From Solirubrobacterales bacterium (GTDB taxonomy: Bacteria > Actinomycetota > Thermoleophilia > Solirubrobacterales > 70-9), in the NCBI GenBank assembly GCA_036265675.1, contig DATAOP010000062.1:39560-103559 (forward strand): DNA of 64,000 nt. The letters run 5' to 3'. The number at the start of each line of letters is the position of its first letter. The stretch's first letter is position 1. A model generated the notes under the pieces. The model made no database searches, was not told the DNA's origin, and saw only the letters and a program-made list of their open reading frames with translations. Made by a program: the position numbers and the translations under genes. Below are positions 45,033 to 54,315 of the stretch, one piece after another.

Positions 45033-45098
45033 ATGCGAAGCGAACGTCGAAATCTGGTTCTCCGTGAGCGGAGCATTGGCGAAGGCCGGGTGGTTTGA
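45033..45098 (+). repeat. Junction repeat copy R3 (diverged) with 21-aa micro-ORF between pheS and pheT
   Basis: ATGCGAAGCGAACGTCGAAATCTGGTTCTCCGTGAGCGGAGCATTGGCGAAGG... shares AATCTGGTTCT and GCGAAGCGA with the family. The micro-ORF TGA (45096) directly abuts the pheT ATG (45099). Confidence 0.55.
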
Positions 45099-47558
45099 AT
45101 GAGGGTCCCGTACACATGGCTGCGCGAGCACTGCGACCCCGGCGTCCCGGCCGAGGAGCTGGCCCTGCGGCTGGCGATGACCGGGACCGAGGTCGAGCGG
45201 GTCGGGTCGATCGGCCCGCCGAGCGGCAGCGGCTTCGTGATCGGCAGGGTCGAGACCCGCGAGCCGCACCCGAACGCCGACCGACTCAGCGTCTGCACCG
45301 TCGACACCGGCGAGTCCGAGCCGCGGACGATCGTCTGCGGGGCGCCAAACGTCGACGCCGGCCAGACCGTCGCGGTGGCGCTGCCGGGGGCGACGATGCC
45401 GGGCGGGGTCGAGCTCGGCGAGGCCAAGCTTCGCGGCGTCACCTCCTCGGGGATGATCCTCTCCGCCGCCGAGCTCGAGATCGGCGAGGACGCGGACGGG
45501 ATCATGGTCCTCGACGACGGGCCCGAGCCCGGCACGCCGCTCTCCGAGGCGCTGCCCCTGGCCGAGCAGGTGCTCGAGCTCGAGGTGACTCCGAACCGCC
45601 CCGACTGCCTCGGTGTCTACGGGGTCGCTCGCGAGGTCCACGCGGTGACCGCGGCGCCGCTCGGCCCCGCGCCGTGGGAGGACGACGTGCACGCCGACGG
45701 CGACGGCAAGGTCGAGGACCACGCCTCGGTCACCGTCGAGGTCCCCGAGCTCTGCCCGCGCTTCACCGGCCGGGTCTTCACCGACGTCAAGATCGGCCCC
45801 TCGCCGCCATGGCTGCAGGCCCGCCTGACGGCTGCCGGCCAGCGCCCGATCAACAACGTCGTCGACATCACCAACTACGTGATGCTGCTGACCTCGCAGC
45901 CGCTCCACGCCTTCGACCTCGACCGCGTTCCCGACGGCGAGGTGATCGTCCGCACCGCCGCCGACGGCGAGGGGATGACCACCCTCGACGGCGTCGAGCG
46001 GGAGTTCGACACCGAGACCGTCCTCGTCTGCGATCGCGAGGGGCCCTCGGGCGTCGCCGGGATCATGGGCGGCCAGGTCTCCGAGGTCTCGGAGAGCACG
46101 ACCAGGGTGCTGCTCGAGGCGGCCAACTGGAACGGGACCAACGTCCTCCGCACCTCGCGCAAGCTCGGGCTTCGCTCGGAGGCGTCGGCGCGATTCGAGA
46201 AAGGGCTGCACCCGGAGCTCTGCATGCGGGGCCAGATCGTCGCCTCGCGGCTGTTCGTCGAGCTCTGCGGCGCGAAGCTGGTGCCGGGGACGATCGACGT
46301 CGCTGGCGAGATACCCGACCACCACCACATCGGCCTGCGCGAGGAGAAAGTCGGCGAGCTGCTCGGGATGGAGGTCGGCGAGGCCGACCAGATCACCTAC
46401 CTCGAGCGGCTCGGGTTCAGCATCCACACCGCCCACGGCAAGCTCCTGGTCGAGGTCCCCGCCGACCGCCACAGCGACGTCACCCGCGAGGTCGACCTGA
46501 TCGAGGAGATCGGCCGGATCCACGGCCTCGACGAGCACCTTCCCTCGACCCTGCCGACCGCGATGGGCCAGGTCGGCGGACTGACCCGCGCGCAGCGCCT
46601 GCGGCGCCGGGCCGAGGACGCGATGCGCGACCTCGGCTTCGACGAGATCGTCGGTTGGAGCTTCACCGACGCCGGCGAGGCCGACCGGTTGCGGGTTCCC
46701 GCCGACGACCCGCGCGCGGGCGCGGTCGTCGTCTCCAACCCGCTGTCCGAGGATCAGTCGGTGATGAGGACGACGCTGCTCGGATCGCTGCTCGACGTCG
46801 CCCGCGGCAACCTCGCCCGCGGCGCCGACCGGATCGCCCTGTTCGAGTCGGGCCGCGTCTACCTGCCGCCGGACGGGATCGGGGACGGGCCGCTGGCCGG
46901 AGACTTCCCGGGCGAGCGCCCGGCTCCGTTCGCCGAGCCGCACCGGGTCGGCTCTCTCGCGGTCGGCGATCTCGGGCCCGCCTCGTGGCGGGGCGCTCCT
47001 ACCCCGGCCGACTTCTTCGCCCAGAAGGGCGTCCTCGAGGGCCTCGCGTCGCGGCTGGGCGTCGAGCTCGCCTTCGGGCCCGTCTCGGAGCCGTTCCTGC
47101 ATCCGGGCCGTGCCGCCGCGGTCCTCGTCGAGGGCGCCGCGGCGGGCTGGGTCGGCGAGGTGCACCCGCTGGTCTGCCGGGCATGGGACGTCGCGGCGGC
47201 CTCGGCGTTCGAAATCGACCTGGCGCCGCTGGTGGCCGCCTCACCAGCATGGCAGGAGGAGTTCGAGGACCTGACGACCCACCCCGCCGTCCTCCAGGAC
47301 CTCGCCGTTGTGGTCGAGGACTCGGTCCCGGGGGCCGAGGTCCGTGCCGCGGTGCTGGCCGGCGGCGGCGAGCTGCTGCGCTCGGCCGAGGTCTTCGACC
47401 TCTACCAGGGCGAGCAGCTCGGCGACGGCCGCAAGAGCCTGGCGCTGCGGCTCGAGTTCCGGGCCGCCGACCGGACCCTGACCGACGACGAGGTCGCCGG
47501 CCTGCGCGACTCGATCGCCGCCAGCCTCGACAAGATCGGGGGGACGTTGCGTGGATGA
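45099..47558 (+). CDS. pheT: Phenylalanine--tRNA ligase beta subunit
   Basis: MRVPYTWLREHC..., tRNA-binding domain GRVETREPHPNADRLSVCTVD, B3/4 and B5 domains and a FDX-ACB C-terminus; 819 aa. Confidence 0.95.
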   Translation: MRVPYTWLREHCDPGVPAEELALRLAMTGTEVERVGSIGPPSGSGFVIGRVETREPHPNADRLSVCTVDTGESEPRTIVCGAPNVDAGQTVAVALPGATMPGGVELGEAKLRGVTSSGMILSAAELEIGEDADGIMVLDDGPEPGTPLSEALPLAEQVLELEVTPNRPDCLGVYGVAREVHAVTAAPLGPAPWEDDVHADGDGKVEDHASVTVEVPELCPRFTGRVFTDVKIGPSPPWLQARLTAAGQRPINNVVDITNYVMLLTSQPLHAFDLDRVPDGEVIVRTAADGEGMTTLDGVEREFDTETVLVCDREGPSGVAGIMGGQVSEVSESTTRVLLEAANWNGTNVLRTSRKLGLRSEASARFEKGLHPELCMRGQIVASRLFVELCGAKLVPGTIDVAGEIPDHHHIGLREEKVGELLGMEVGEADQITYLERLGFSIHTAHGKLLVEVPADRHSDVTREVDLIEEIGRIHGLDEHLPSTLPTAMGQVGGLTRAQRLRRRAEDAMRDLGFDEIVGWSFTDAGEADRLRVPADDPRAGAVVVSNPLSEDQSVMRTTLLGSLLDVARGNLARGADRIALFESGRVYLPPDGIGDGPLAGDFPGERPAPFAEPHRVGSLAVGDLGPASWRGAPTPADFFAQKGVLEGLASRLGVELAFGPVSEPFLHPGRAAAVLVEGAAAGWVGEVHPLVCRAWDVAAASAFEIDLAPLVAASPAWQEEFEDLTTHPAVLQDLAVVVEDSVPGAEVRAAVLAGGGELLRSAEVFDLYQGEQLGDGRKSLALRLEFRAADRTLTDDEVAGLRDSIAASLDKIGGTLRG

Positions 47559-48582
47559 GCGGGTCCCACAGCCGCTCGCGGGCGAGCCGGCCGCGAGGGT
47601 CCTGGTCGCCGGCGCCTCCGGCTTCACCGGGGCGCTGGCGGCGCAGATCGTGTGGCATCACCCGCGCCTGGAGCTGGCCACGATAACCTCGCGCAGCGAC
47701 GCCGGGACCCGCCTCGACCGCCTCTATCCGCGCTACCGGGTGCCGCTCGAGCTGACCGAGCTCGACCTCGACCGGCTCGAGGGGATCGACGCCGCGATCG
47801 TCGCCTACCCGCACGGCGCCTCGGCCCCGACGGTCGCCGCTCTGCGGGGGCTGGGGGTGATGGTCGTCGACCTCTCGGCCGACTTCCGGCTCCGCGACCT
47901 GCCGACGTACGAGCGCTGGTACGGGGAGCACGGGGCGCCGGAACTGCTCGAGAACTCCGTCTACGGCCTGACCGAGCTCTACCGCGACGAGCTGCGGGAG
48001 GCGGAGCTGGTGGCGACGCCCGGCTGCTACCCGACGGCCAGCGTCCTCGCGCTCGCGCCGCTCGCCGAGCGCGGGCTCCTCGCCGACGTCGTGATCGACG
48101 CCAAGCAAGGGGTCTCCGGTGCCGGCCGGGGCGGGGGGGACGAGATGCACTACGTCTCGATGGACGAGAACGCCTTTCCCTACAAGACCGAGGGCCACCG
48201 CCACCGGCCCGAGATCGAACAGGAGCTGACCGCGCTCGGCAGCCCGGCGCCGGTCACCTTCGTCCCCCACCTGCTGCCGCTCGACCAGGGGGAGCTGACC
48301 AGCTGCTACGCGACGCTCTCAGAGCCGATCTCGAAGGAGGAGGCGCAGGCCCTGTATGCCGAGCGCTATGCGGGCGAGCCGTTCGTTCACGCGGTCGAGG
48401 CGCCACCGGGCCTGCGCGACGTCCGCGACACCAACGAATGCCATGTCTACGTCACGGTCGAGGAGCGGGGACGCCTCCTCGCCTTCTCGGCGATCGACAA
48501 CCTCTGGAAGGGGGCCTCGGGCCAGGGCGTCCAGAACCTCAATCTGATGCTCGGCCTCGACGAGACGGTGGGATTGACATGA
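47551..48582 (+). CDS. argC: N-acetyl-gamma-glutamyl-phosphate reductase
   Basis: VLVAGASGFTG...VATPGCYPTA (active-site Cys)...AIDNLWKGASGQGVQNLNLMLG. Overlaps pheT by 8 nt. Confidence 0.9.
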   Translation: MDERVPQPLAGEPAARVLVAGASGFTGALAAQIVWHHPRLELATITSRSDAGTRLDRLYPRYRVPLELTELDLDRLEGIDAAIVAYPHGASAPTVAALRGLGVMVVDLSADFRLRDLPTYERWYGEHGAPELLENSVYGLTELYRDELREAELVATPGCYPTASVLALAPLAERGLLADVVIDAKQGVSGAGRGGGDEMHYVSMDENAFPYKTEGHRHRPEIEQELTALGSPAPVTFVPHLLPLDQGELTSCYATLSEPISKEEAQALYAERYAGEPFVHAVEAPPGLRDVRDTNECHVYVTVEERGRLLAFSAIDNLWKGASGQGVQNLNLMLGLDETVGLT

Positions 48583-49778
48583 GCCCGGAAGCGGACGCGA
48601 AGCGGAGCATCTCGGCCAGTGAGTTTTTTCGGTCCCGCTGGGTCGAGCCGCCCGCCGGAGTCGAGGAGCTCGATCCGTCCCGGCTGGCCCCGGGCTTCGC
48701 CGCCGGCGCCGTCGCCTGCGGCCTGAAGGAGAGCGGCAACACCGACGCCGCCGTCGTCGTAGCCGGCTCCGAGAGCTGCGAATCGGCCCTGCTCCTGACC
48801 CGCAACGCGGCCGCCGCGGCCCCGGTTCGGCTCTGCCGCGAGAGCCTCGACTTCGGCGCGATCCGCGCCGCCGCTGTCAAGGCCGGCAACGCGAACGCCG
48901 CGACCGGGGACCAGGGGATGCATGACGCCGTCGCGATCCAGCGGGCGGCGGCCGAGGAGCTCGATCTCGACCCCTCCGTCGTCGCGATCGGCGCGACCGG
49001 GAAGATCGGCGAGGCGCTGCCGATGGAGAAGGTCCTCGACGGCGTCCGCCGCGCCGCTGCGGCCGTCCGCCCCGACGGCGGCGAGGAGTTCGCGGAGGCG
49101 ATCATGACCACCGACCGCGGCCCGAAGCGGTGCACCGTCAGCTGCGACGGGGTCACGCTCTCGGCCCAGGCGAAGGGGGCCGGGATGATCCAGCCCGGCT
49201 TCGCCACGATGCTCTGCTTCGTCCAGACCGACGCCGTCCTCGATGGCCCCTACGGCGCCGAGGCGGCGCTGCGCGAGGCGGTCGATCGCTCCTTCGAGCG
49301 GATCACGGTCGACGGCCAGATGAGCACCAACGACATGGTCCTGCTCCAGGCGAGCGGCGAGTCCGGCCGGCCGCTGCCGCAGGGCATGCTCGACGCCGTG
49401 CTCCTCCAGCTCGCGCTCGAGATCGTCGCCGACGGCGAGGGGGCGACGCGGGTCGGGCGTGCGCGGGTCAGCGAGGCGGCGAGCCAGGAGGAGGCCGAGC
49501 GGATCGCCCGCGCGATCGCCAACTCGCCGCTGGTCAAGACCGCCCTCTTCGGCCGCGACCCGAACTGGGGACGGATCGCGCAGGCGGCCGGGATGGCGCT
49601 GGCCGGCGAGGAGGTCGAGGAGCTCGGCCCCGACCACATCGACGCCGAGGAGTTCGCCGGCGAGGGGGCGGAGGCCGATGTCACGTTGCGGCTGGGACGC
49701 GGCGACCACTCCGCCCACGTCTGGTTCTCGGATCTCGGCTACGAGTACGTTCGAATCAACGCCGAGTACACGACCTGA
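48579..49778 (+). CDS. argJ: Bifunctional glutamate N-acetyltransferase/amino-acid acetyltransferase
   Basis: KGAGMIQPGFATMLCFVQTD (autocleavage ATML site)...DGQMSTNDMV...GRDPNWGRI. ATG overlaps the argC stop as ATGA. Confidence 0.9.
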   Translation: MSPEADAKRSISASEFFRSRWVEPPAGVEELDPSRLAPGFAAGAVACGLKESGNTDAAVVVAGSESCESALLLTRNAAAAAPVRLCRESLDFGAIRAAAVKAGNANAATGDQGMHDAVAIQRAAAEELDLDPSVVAIGATGKIGEALPMEKVLDGVRRAAAAVRPDGGEEFAEAIMTTDRGPKRCTVSCDGVTLSAQAKGAGMIQPGFATMLCFVQTDAVLDGPYGAEAALREAVDRSFERITVDGQMSTNDMVLLQASGESGRPLPQGMLDAVLLQLALEIVADGEGATRVGRARVSEAASQEEAERIARAIANSPLVKTALFGRDPNWGRIAQAAGMALAGEEVEELGPDHIDAEEFAGEGAEADVTLRLGRGDHSAHVWFSDLGYEYVRINAEYTT

Positions 49779-49826
49779 ATGGAGACCATGATCGCGGAGC
49801 GAGCGAAGCGGGAGTATTTGCCGTGA
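49779..49826 (+). repeat. Junction repeat copy R4 (short form) with 15-aa micro-ORF between argJ and argB
   Basis: ATGGAGACCATGATCGCGGAGCGAGCGAAGCGGGAGTATTTGCCGTGA encodes METMIAERAKREYLP. It starts right after the argJ TGA and ends GTGA on the argB GTG. It lacks the ATCCATATCTGGTTCT core. Confidence 0.65.
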
Positions 49827-50662
49827 ACGCCAGCGTCGACACCCTGCTCGAGGCCCTTCCCTACATCCGGGAGTTCCACGGCCGCACGGTGGTGATCAAG
49901 TACGGCGGCTCGGCGATGCGCGACGAGGCGCTGCGCGAGGGCTTCGCGACCGACGTCGTCCTCCTCAAGTACGTCGGCCTCAACCCGGTGATCGTCCACG
50001 GCGGCGGGCCCGAGATCACCGAGTACATGGAGCGGCTCGGACTCGAGGTGCGATTCCACGAGGGACTTCGCGTCTCCGACGCCGAGACGGTTGAGGTGGC
50101 GCGGATGGTGTTGCTCGGCAAGGTCAACTCGGACATCGTCCAGCGGATCAACCGCCATGGGCAGCCGGCGGTCGGGCTCTCGGGCCAGGACGGATCGCTG
50201 TTCGGAGTCTCTCCGGTCCCGAACGCCGAGCAGGTCGGGTTCGTCGGCGCGATCGACCGGGTCGACGTCGACGTCCTCAACCACATCGCCGTCGACTACA
50301 TCCCGGTCGTCGCCTCCTCGGCCTCCGACCGCGACGGGAACGCCTACAACGTCAACGCCGACGAGGCCGCCGGCAAGGTCGCCGCCGCGTTGCAGGCATA
50401 CAAGGCGATCTTCCTCACCGACGTCGTCGGCTGGCTCGCCGACCCCGCCGACGATTCGAGCCTGACCTCGCGGGCGAGCGTCGCCGAGGTCGAGGAGAGG
50501 CTCGACGGGATCGACGGCGGGATGCGGCCGAAGCTCACCGCCTGCGTCGATGCGATCAGGGGCGGCGCCCAGTCGGCCCACATCATCGACGGCCGCAGGC
50601 CGCACAGCCTCCTGCTCGAGCTGTTCACGGACGCCGGGATCGGGACGATGGTGACGTCATGA
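49823..50662 (+). CDS. argB: Acetylglutamate kinase
   Basis: LPYIREFHGRTVVIKYGGSAM...NPVIVHGGGPEI...YNVNADEAAG. GTG 49823. Confidence 0.9.
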   Translation: MNASVDTLLEALPYIREFHGRTVVIKYGGSAMRDEALREGFATDVVLLKYVGLNPVIVHGGGPEITEYMERLGLEVRFHEGLRVSDAETVEVARMVLLGKVNSDIVQRINRHGQPAVGLSGQDGSLFGVSPVPNAEQVGFVGAIDRVDVDVLNHIAVDYIPVVASSASDRDGNAYNVNADEAAGKVAAALQAYKAIFLTDVVGWLADPADDSSLTSRASVAEVEERLDGIDGGMRPKLTACVDAIRGGAQSAHIIDGRRPHSLLLELFTDAGIGTMVTS

Positions 50663-50694
50663 CTTTCCGCCCATCTGCTCTGCTCCGGGCACGG

Positions 50695-50723
50695 CCAGAG
50701 AATCAGATATGGATGGCCGCGCC
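50695..50723 (-). repeat. Junction repeat copy R5 (core in inverted orientation) between argB and argD
   Basis: The reverse strand reads GGCGCGGCCATCCATATCTGATTCTCTGG. A 43-aa plus-strand ORF (50659..50790) spans the whole spacer, with ATGA overlaps at both the argB stop and the argD start. Confidence 0.6.
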
Positions 50724-50786
50724 CCTCCGCGTCCGCGATGGGCGGGTGGGTGGCAGCTCGGCGTCCGCGGCGGGCGGTCCAATGTC

Positions 50787-51974
50787 ATGAACCTCACGGA
50801 GCTGCAGGGACTCGAGGAGCGCTACCTGATGGGGACCTATCGCCGCGGCGAGGTCGAGTTCGTGCGCGGCGAGGGAGCCATGCTCTGGGACTCGGACGGG
50901 AAGGAGTACCTGGACCTCCTCGCCGGGATCTCGGTCTGCTCGGTCGGCCACTGCCACCCGGACGTGGTCGAGGCGATCCGCGAGCAGTCCGGGCGGCTGA
51001 TGCACACCTCGAACCTCTTCTACACCGAGCCGATGGTGCGCCTCGCCGAGCGACTCTCGGAGTCGAGCCTCGGCGGCCGCGTCTTCTTTGCGAACTCGGG
51101 GACCGAGGCCAACGAGTGCGCGATCAAGATCGCCCGCAAGCACGCCCACCGGCGCGGGGTCTCCTCGCCGGCGATCATCAGCTTCGAGCGCGACTTCCAC
51201 GGCCGCACCTACGGCTCCCTCTCGGCGACCCCCGGGCTGGCGGCGAACCCGGCTCTCGGACCGATGCTCGAGGGCTTCCGCTCGGTCCCGTTCGACGACG
51301 CCGATGCCCTGCGCGACGCCGTCGACGGGCAGACGGCGGCGGTCCTGATCGAGCCGATTCAGGGCGAGGCCGGGATCTACCCCCTCAGCGAGGACTCGCT
51401 GATCGCCGCGCGTGAGGCCTGCGACGCAGTCGGCGCGCTCCTGATCCTCGACGAGATCCAGACCGGGGTCGGCCGGACCGGCTCGCTCTGGGCCTACGAG
51501 CAGACCCCGGTGCGCCCCGACGTCCTCACCAGCGCCAAGGCGCTCGGCGGCGGGATGGCGATCGGCGCCTGCATCACGAACGAGGCGGCCGGCGCGGTGC
51601 TGGAGCCGGGCGACCACGGCTCGACCTTCGCCGGCGGCCCGGTCGCCTCGGCGGCGGCCCTCGCCGTCCTCGACATCGTCGACGACCCGGTCCTGCTGCG
51701 GGCCGTGAGGGAGCGTGGGCGGCGCCTGCGCGAGGGGCTCGAGGCGCTCGACGGCGTTCGCGAGGTGCGTGGCCGCGGCCTGATGATCGGCGTCGGGCTC
51801 GAGGAGGGCCTCGACTCGGCGGCCATCACCGTCGACCTGCTCGGGCGGGGCGCCGTCGTCAACGCGCCCGAGCCGCGGACCCTGCGGCTGCTCCCCCCGC
51901 TGACGATCGATGACTCCCAGGCCGACCGCGCCATTGCGCTGATCGGCGAATCGCTCCTAAGCTACAAGCCATGA
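50787..51974 (+). CDS. argD: Acetylornithine aminotransferase
   Basis: YLDLLAGISVCSVGHCHP...NSGTEANECAIKIAR...LILDEIQTGVGRTG...TSAKALGGG (PLP Lys). Confidence 0.9.
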   Translation: MNLTELQGLEERYLMGTYRRGEVEFVRGEGAMLWDSDGKEYLDLLAGISVCSVGHCHPDVVEAIREQSGRLMHTSNLFYTEPMVRLAERLSESSLGGRVFFANSGTEANECAIKIARKHAHRRGVSSPAIISFERDFHGRTYGSLSATPGLAANPALGPMLEGFRSVPFDDADALRDAVDGQTAAVLIEPIQGEAGIYPLSEDSLIAAREACDAVGALLILDEIQTGVGRTGSLWAYEQTPVRPDVLTSAKALGGGMAIGACITNEAAGAVLEPGDHGSTFAGGPVASAAALAVLDIVDDPVLLRAVRERGRRLREGLEALDGVREVRGRGLMIGVGLEEGLDSAAITVDLLGRGAVVNAPEPRTLRLLPPLTIDDSQADRAIALIGESLLSYKP

Positions 51975-52042
51975 ACGCGGAGCGAGCAAGCATCCATATC
52001 TGGTTCTGTGCGCAGCGAGCGAAGCGTGAGGCGTTGTCATGA
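51971..52042 (+). repeat. Junction repeat copy R6 with 23-aa micro-ORF between argD and the next ORF
   Basis: ATGAACGCGGAGCGAGCAAGCATCCATATCTGGTTCTGTGCGCAGCGAGCGAAGCGTGAGGCGTTGTCATGA encodes MNAERASIHIWFCAQRAKREALS, with ATGA overlaps at both ends. Confidence 0.8.
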
Positions 52043-52500
52043 ACGCGAGCAAAATGCCGCCCAAAGGCCGCAAAGGCGGCTCCGACCCCGTCGGCGGGGC
52101 GGCCGAGCGCCTGGCCGAGATCGTCGGCGCCGCCGAGCGGGCGGCGGCCGCGGTCATCGACGACGCGGAGAAACAGGCGCAGGGCCGGATCGACGAAGCG
52201 CAGGAGCGCGCCGACCGGATTGCGGCCGACCGCCTGCGGGCGATCGCCGACGAACTCGACCCGCCCAGCGCCGGAGGCGAGGAGCGGCCGCGGCTGCGGA
52301 CGGTCGAGGCGGTCCCCGAGCCGGCCGAGAGCGCCGCGCCGGCCGGGCCCCGGTCCGACGAGGCGGGCGCGCGGCTGCTGGCGACCCAGATGGCCGTCTC
52401 CGGCGCCAGCCGCAAGGAGATCGAGAACCGGCTCCGCGCCGGCGCCGGCATCGAAGACCCGGCGCCGCTGCTCGACGCGATCCTGGGCCCCGAGGAGTAG
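52039..52500 (+). CDS. Hypothetical coiled-coil protein (sits where argF/argR are expected)
   Basis: 153 aa. AERLAEIVGAAERAAAAVIDDAEKQAQGRIDEAQERADRIAADRL is a helical N-half, followed by the C-terminal ARLLATQMAVSGASRKEIENRL. No family I can name. Confidence 0.55.
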   Translation: MNASKMPPKGRKGGSDPVGGAAERLAEIVGAAERAAAAVIDDAEKQAQGRIDEAQERADRIAADRLRAIADELDPPSAGGEERPRLRTVEAVPEPAESAAPAGPRSDEAGARLLATQMAVSGASRKEIENRLRAGAGIEDPAPLLDAILGPEE

Positions 52501-52506
52501 GCCCCG

Positions 52507-52869
52507 ATGCACGACGACCCGACCCGGGTGATGGGACAGCCACCCGACCGTGACGGTGGCGGCGGCCGGCCGCACGGCAACATGCGACTGCTGATCGCCG
52601 GCCTGATCGCGGTCATCGTCGGCCTGGTGATCGCGGTCATCGTCATCGCCGGCGGCGACAGCGGCGGCGAAACGACCCCGACGGGGACCGAACTGACGAC
52701 CGAAACGACCGAAACCACGGAACCGACGGAACCGACGGAAACCACCGAAACCACCGAGCCGGGGCAACCGAGCCCCGAAGAAGCCGAACCGACCACCCCG
52801 ACGACTCCGACGCCGGAAGCGCCCGAATCCGGCGAAGAAGGGGGCAGCGGCGGGCTCGAAGCCCCTTGA
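52507..52869 (+). CDS. Single-pass membrane protein with Thr/Glu/Pro-rich tail
   Basis: TM segment LLIAGLIAVIVGLVIAVIVIAGG, then TELTTETTETTEPTEPTETTETTEP. The stop overlaps the argG TTG as TTGA. Confidence 0.55.
   Translation: MHDDPTRVMGQPPDRDGGGGRPHGNMRLLIAGLIAVIVGLVIAVIVIAGGDSGGETTPTGTELTTETTETTEPTEPTETTETTEPGQPSPEEAEPTTPTTPTPEAPESGEEGGSGGLEAP
52702..52755 (+). repeat. Six tandem 9-bp units (GAA-ACS-ACS / GAA-CCG-ACG)
   Basis: GAAACGACC GAAACCACG GAACCGACG GAACCGACG GAAACCACC GAAACCACC encodes ETT and EPT repeats. Confidence 0.7.
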
Positions 52870-54131
52870 GCGCCGGGGGCCGTACAGCTTCCTACGAGGC
52901 CGACCCCGCCGAGGTCAGTCGCGTCCTGCTGCTCTACTCCGGCGGCCTCGACACCAGCGTGATGCTGAAGTGGATCCAGGAGCAGTACGGGGCCGAGGTC
53001 GTCTGCCTGACCGTCAACCTCGGGCAGCCGGGCGAGGACTACGGGGTGATCGAGGAGAAGGCGAAGCGGCTCGGCGCCCTCGAGTGCCACGTCGTCGACG
53101 CCCGCGAGCGTTTCGCCGAGGACTTCATCGCCCCGTCGATCAGGGCGAACGCGATCTACGGCCTCGGCTATCCGCTGTTCACCGCGCTAGGCCGGCCGCT
53201 GATCGCCGAGCTCGCGGTCGAGCAGGCGCGGCAGAGCGGCTGCGACACGATCGCCCACGGCTGCACCGGCAAGGGCAACGACCAGGTCAGGATCGAGGCG
53301 ACGGTGGCGACCCTGGCGCCGGAGCTGCGGACGATCGCGCCGGTGCGCTCGTGGGAGATGGGCCGCGAGGAGGAGATCGCCTACGCGCGCGAGCACGGGA
53401 TCCCGGTCAAGGGCGGGACCGAGTCCCCGCCCTACTCGATCGACGACAACCTCTGGGGGCGTTCCTCGGAGGGCCGCTGGATCGAGGACCTCGACCACGC
53501 GCCGGAGGACGACGTCTTCCAGCTCGTCACCCGGCCCGAGGACGCCCCGGACGAGCCGGAGACGATCCGCGTCGAGTTCGAGGCCGGGGTGCCGGTCGGG
53601 CTCGACGGCGAGCGTCTCGGCCTCGTCGAGCTGCTCGAAAGGGTCGCCGAGATCGGCTGCCGGCACGGGATCGGGATCGTCGACCACATCGAGGACCGGA
53701 TCGTCGGCCTCAAGGTCCGCGACATCTACGAGGTCCCGGCGGCCGAGATCCTGCTCACCGCCCATGCCGAGCTCGAGAAGTTGGTCGGGACGATCCACCA
53801 GAACCAGCTCAAGCCGGAGCTCGACCGCCGCTGGGCCTACCTCGTCTACGCCGGCCTCTGGTGGGAGCCGCTGCGGACCGATCTCGACGCCTTCATGGAG
53901 GCCGCCAATGTCCAGGTCACGGGGTCGATCGGCCTCAGTCTCTACAAGGGAACCGCTCGCGTCGTCACCCGCTCCTCGCCGAATGCCGTCTACGACGCCC
54001 AGCTCGCATCGTTCGCCGAGTCGGGTGGCCTGTTCTCGCAGGCGGCCTCGCCGGGATTCATCGAGCTCTGGTCGCTGCAATCGCGGATGGCGCATCAGAT
54101 CCGGCGGCGCGGGGTAGAGGGCGGAGACTGA
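52866..54131 (+). CDS. argG: Argininosuccinate synthase
   Basis: VLLLYSGGLDTSVMLKW...AHGCTGKGNDQVR...SIDDNLWGRS. TTG start. Confidence 0.9.
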   Translation: MSAGGRTASYEADPAEVSRVLLLYSGGLDTSVMLKWIQEQYGAEVVCLTVNLGQPGEDYGVIEEKAKRLGALECHVVDARERFAEDFIAPSIRANAIYGLGYPLFTALGRPLIAELAVEQARQSGCDTIAHGCTGKGNDQVRIEATVATLAPELRTIAPVRSWEMGREEEIAYAREHGIPVKGGTESPPYSIDDNLWGRSSEGRWIEDLDHAPEDDVFQLVTRPEDAPDEPETIRVEFEAGVPVGLDGERLGLVELLERVAEIGCRHGIGIVDHIEDRIVGLKVRDIYEVPAAEILLTAHAELEKLVGTIHQNQLKPELDRRWAYLVYAGLWWEPLRTDLDAFMEAANVQVTGSIGLSLYKGTARVVTRSSPNAVYDAQLASFAESGGLFSQAASPGFIELWSLQSRMAHQIRRRGVEGGD

Positions 54132-54307
54132 TGGAACGAATCAGCAGCCCCATCTACGAGCAGATCGGGAGGGCGGTCGTCAAATACGGCTTGCTCTACG
54201 CCCGCCGCCGCTACTCGCGCCAGATCCGGATGGGCGCGGGGGCGGTCGCGATCGCGATCGGGGTCGTGATCGCGTACCTGGCGAAGAAGGAAGTGCCAGA
54301 GGGCTGA
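54131..54307 (+). CDS. Small membrane protein (58 aa) translationally coupled to argG
   Basis: MERISSPIYEQIGRAVVKYGLLYARRRYSRQIRMGAGAVAIAIGVVIAYLAKKEVPEG. ATG overlaps the argG TGA as TGATG. Below the track cutoff as a Met-initiated ORF. Confidence 0.45.
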   Translation: MERISSPIYEQIGRAVVKYGLLYARRRYSRQIRMGAGAVAIAIGVVIAYLAKKEVPEG

Positions 54308-54315
54308 TCGTCGAG

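Noticed and set aside
37905-52042. Reading the junction micro-ORFs as attenuation leader peptides, or the core as an ArgR (ARG box) operator.
   Set aside because: The peptides contain no runs of Thr, Phe or Arg codons matching the downstream genes. No alternative terminator/antiterminator hairpins are present. The core CCATATCTGG does not resemble the AT-rich ARG-box palindrome. Copies also occur at non-arg genes.
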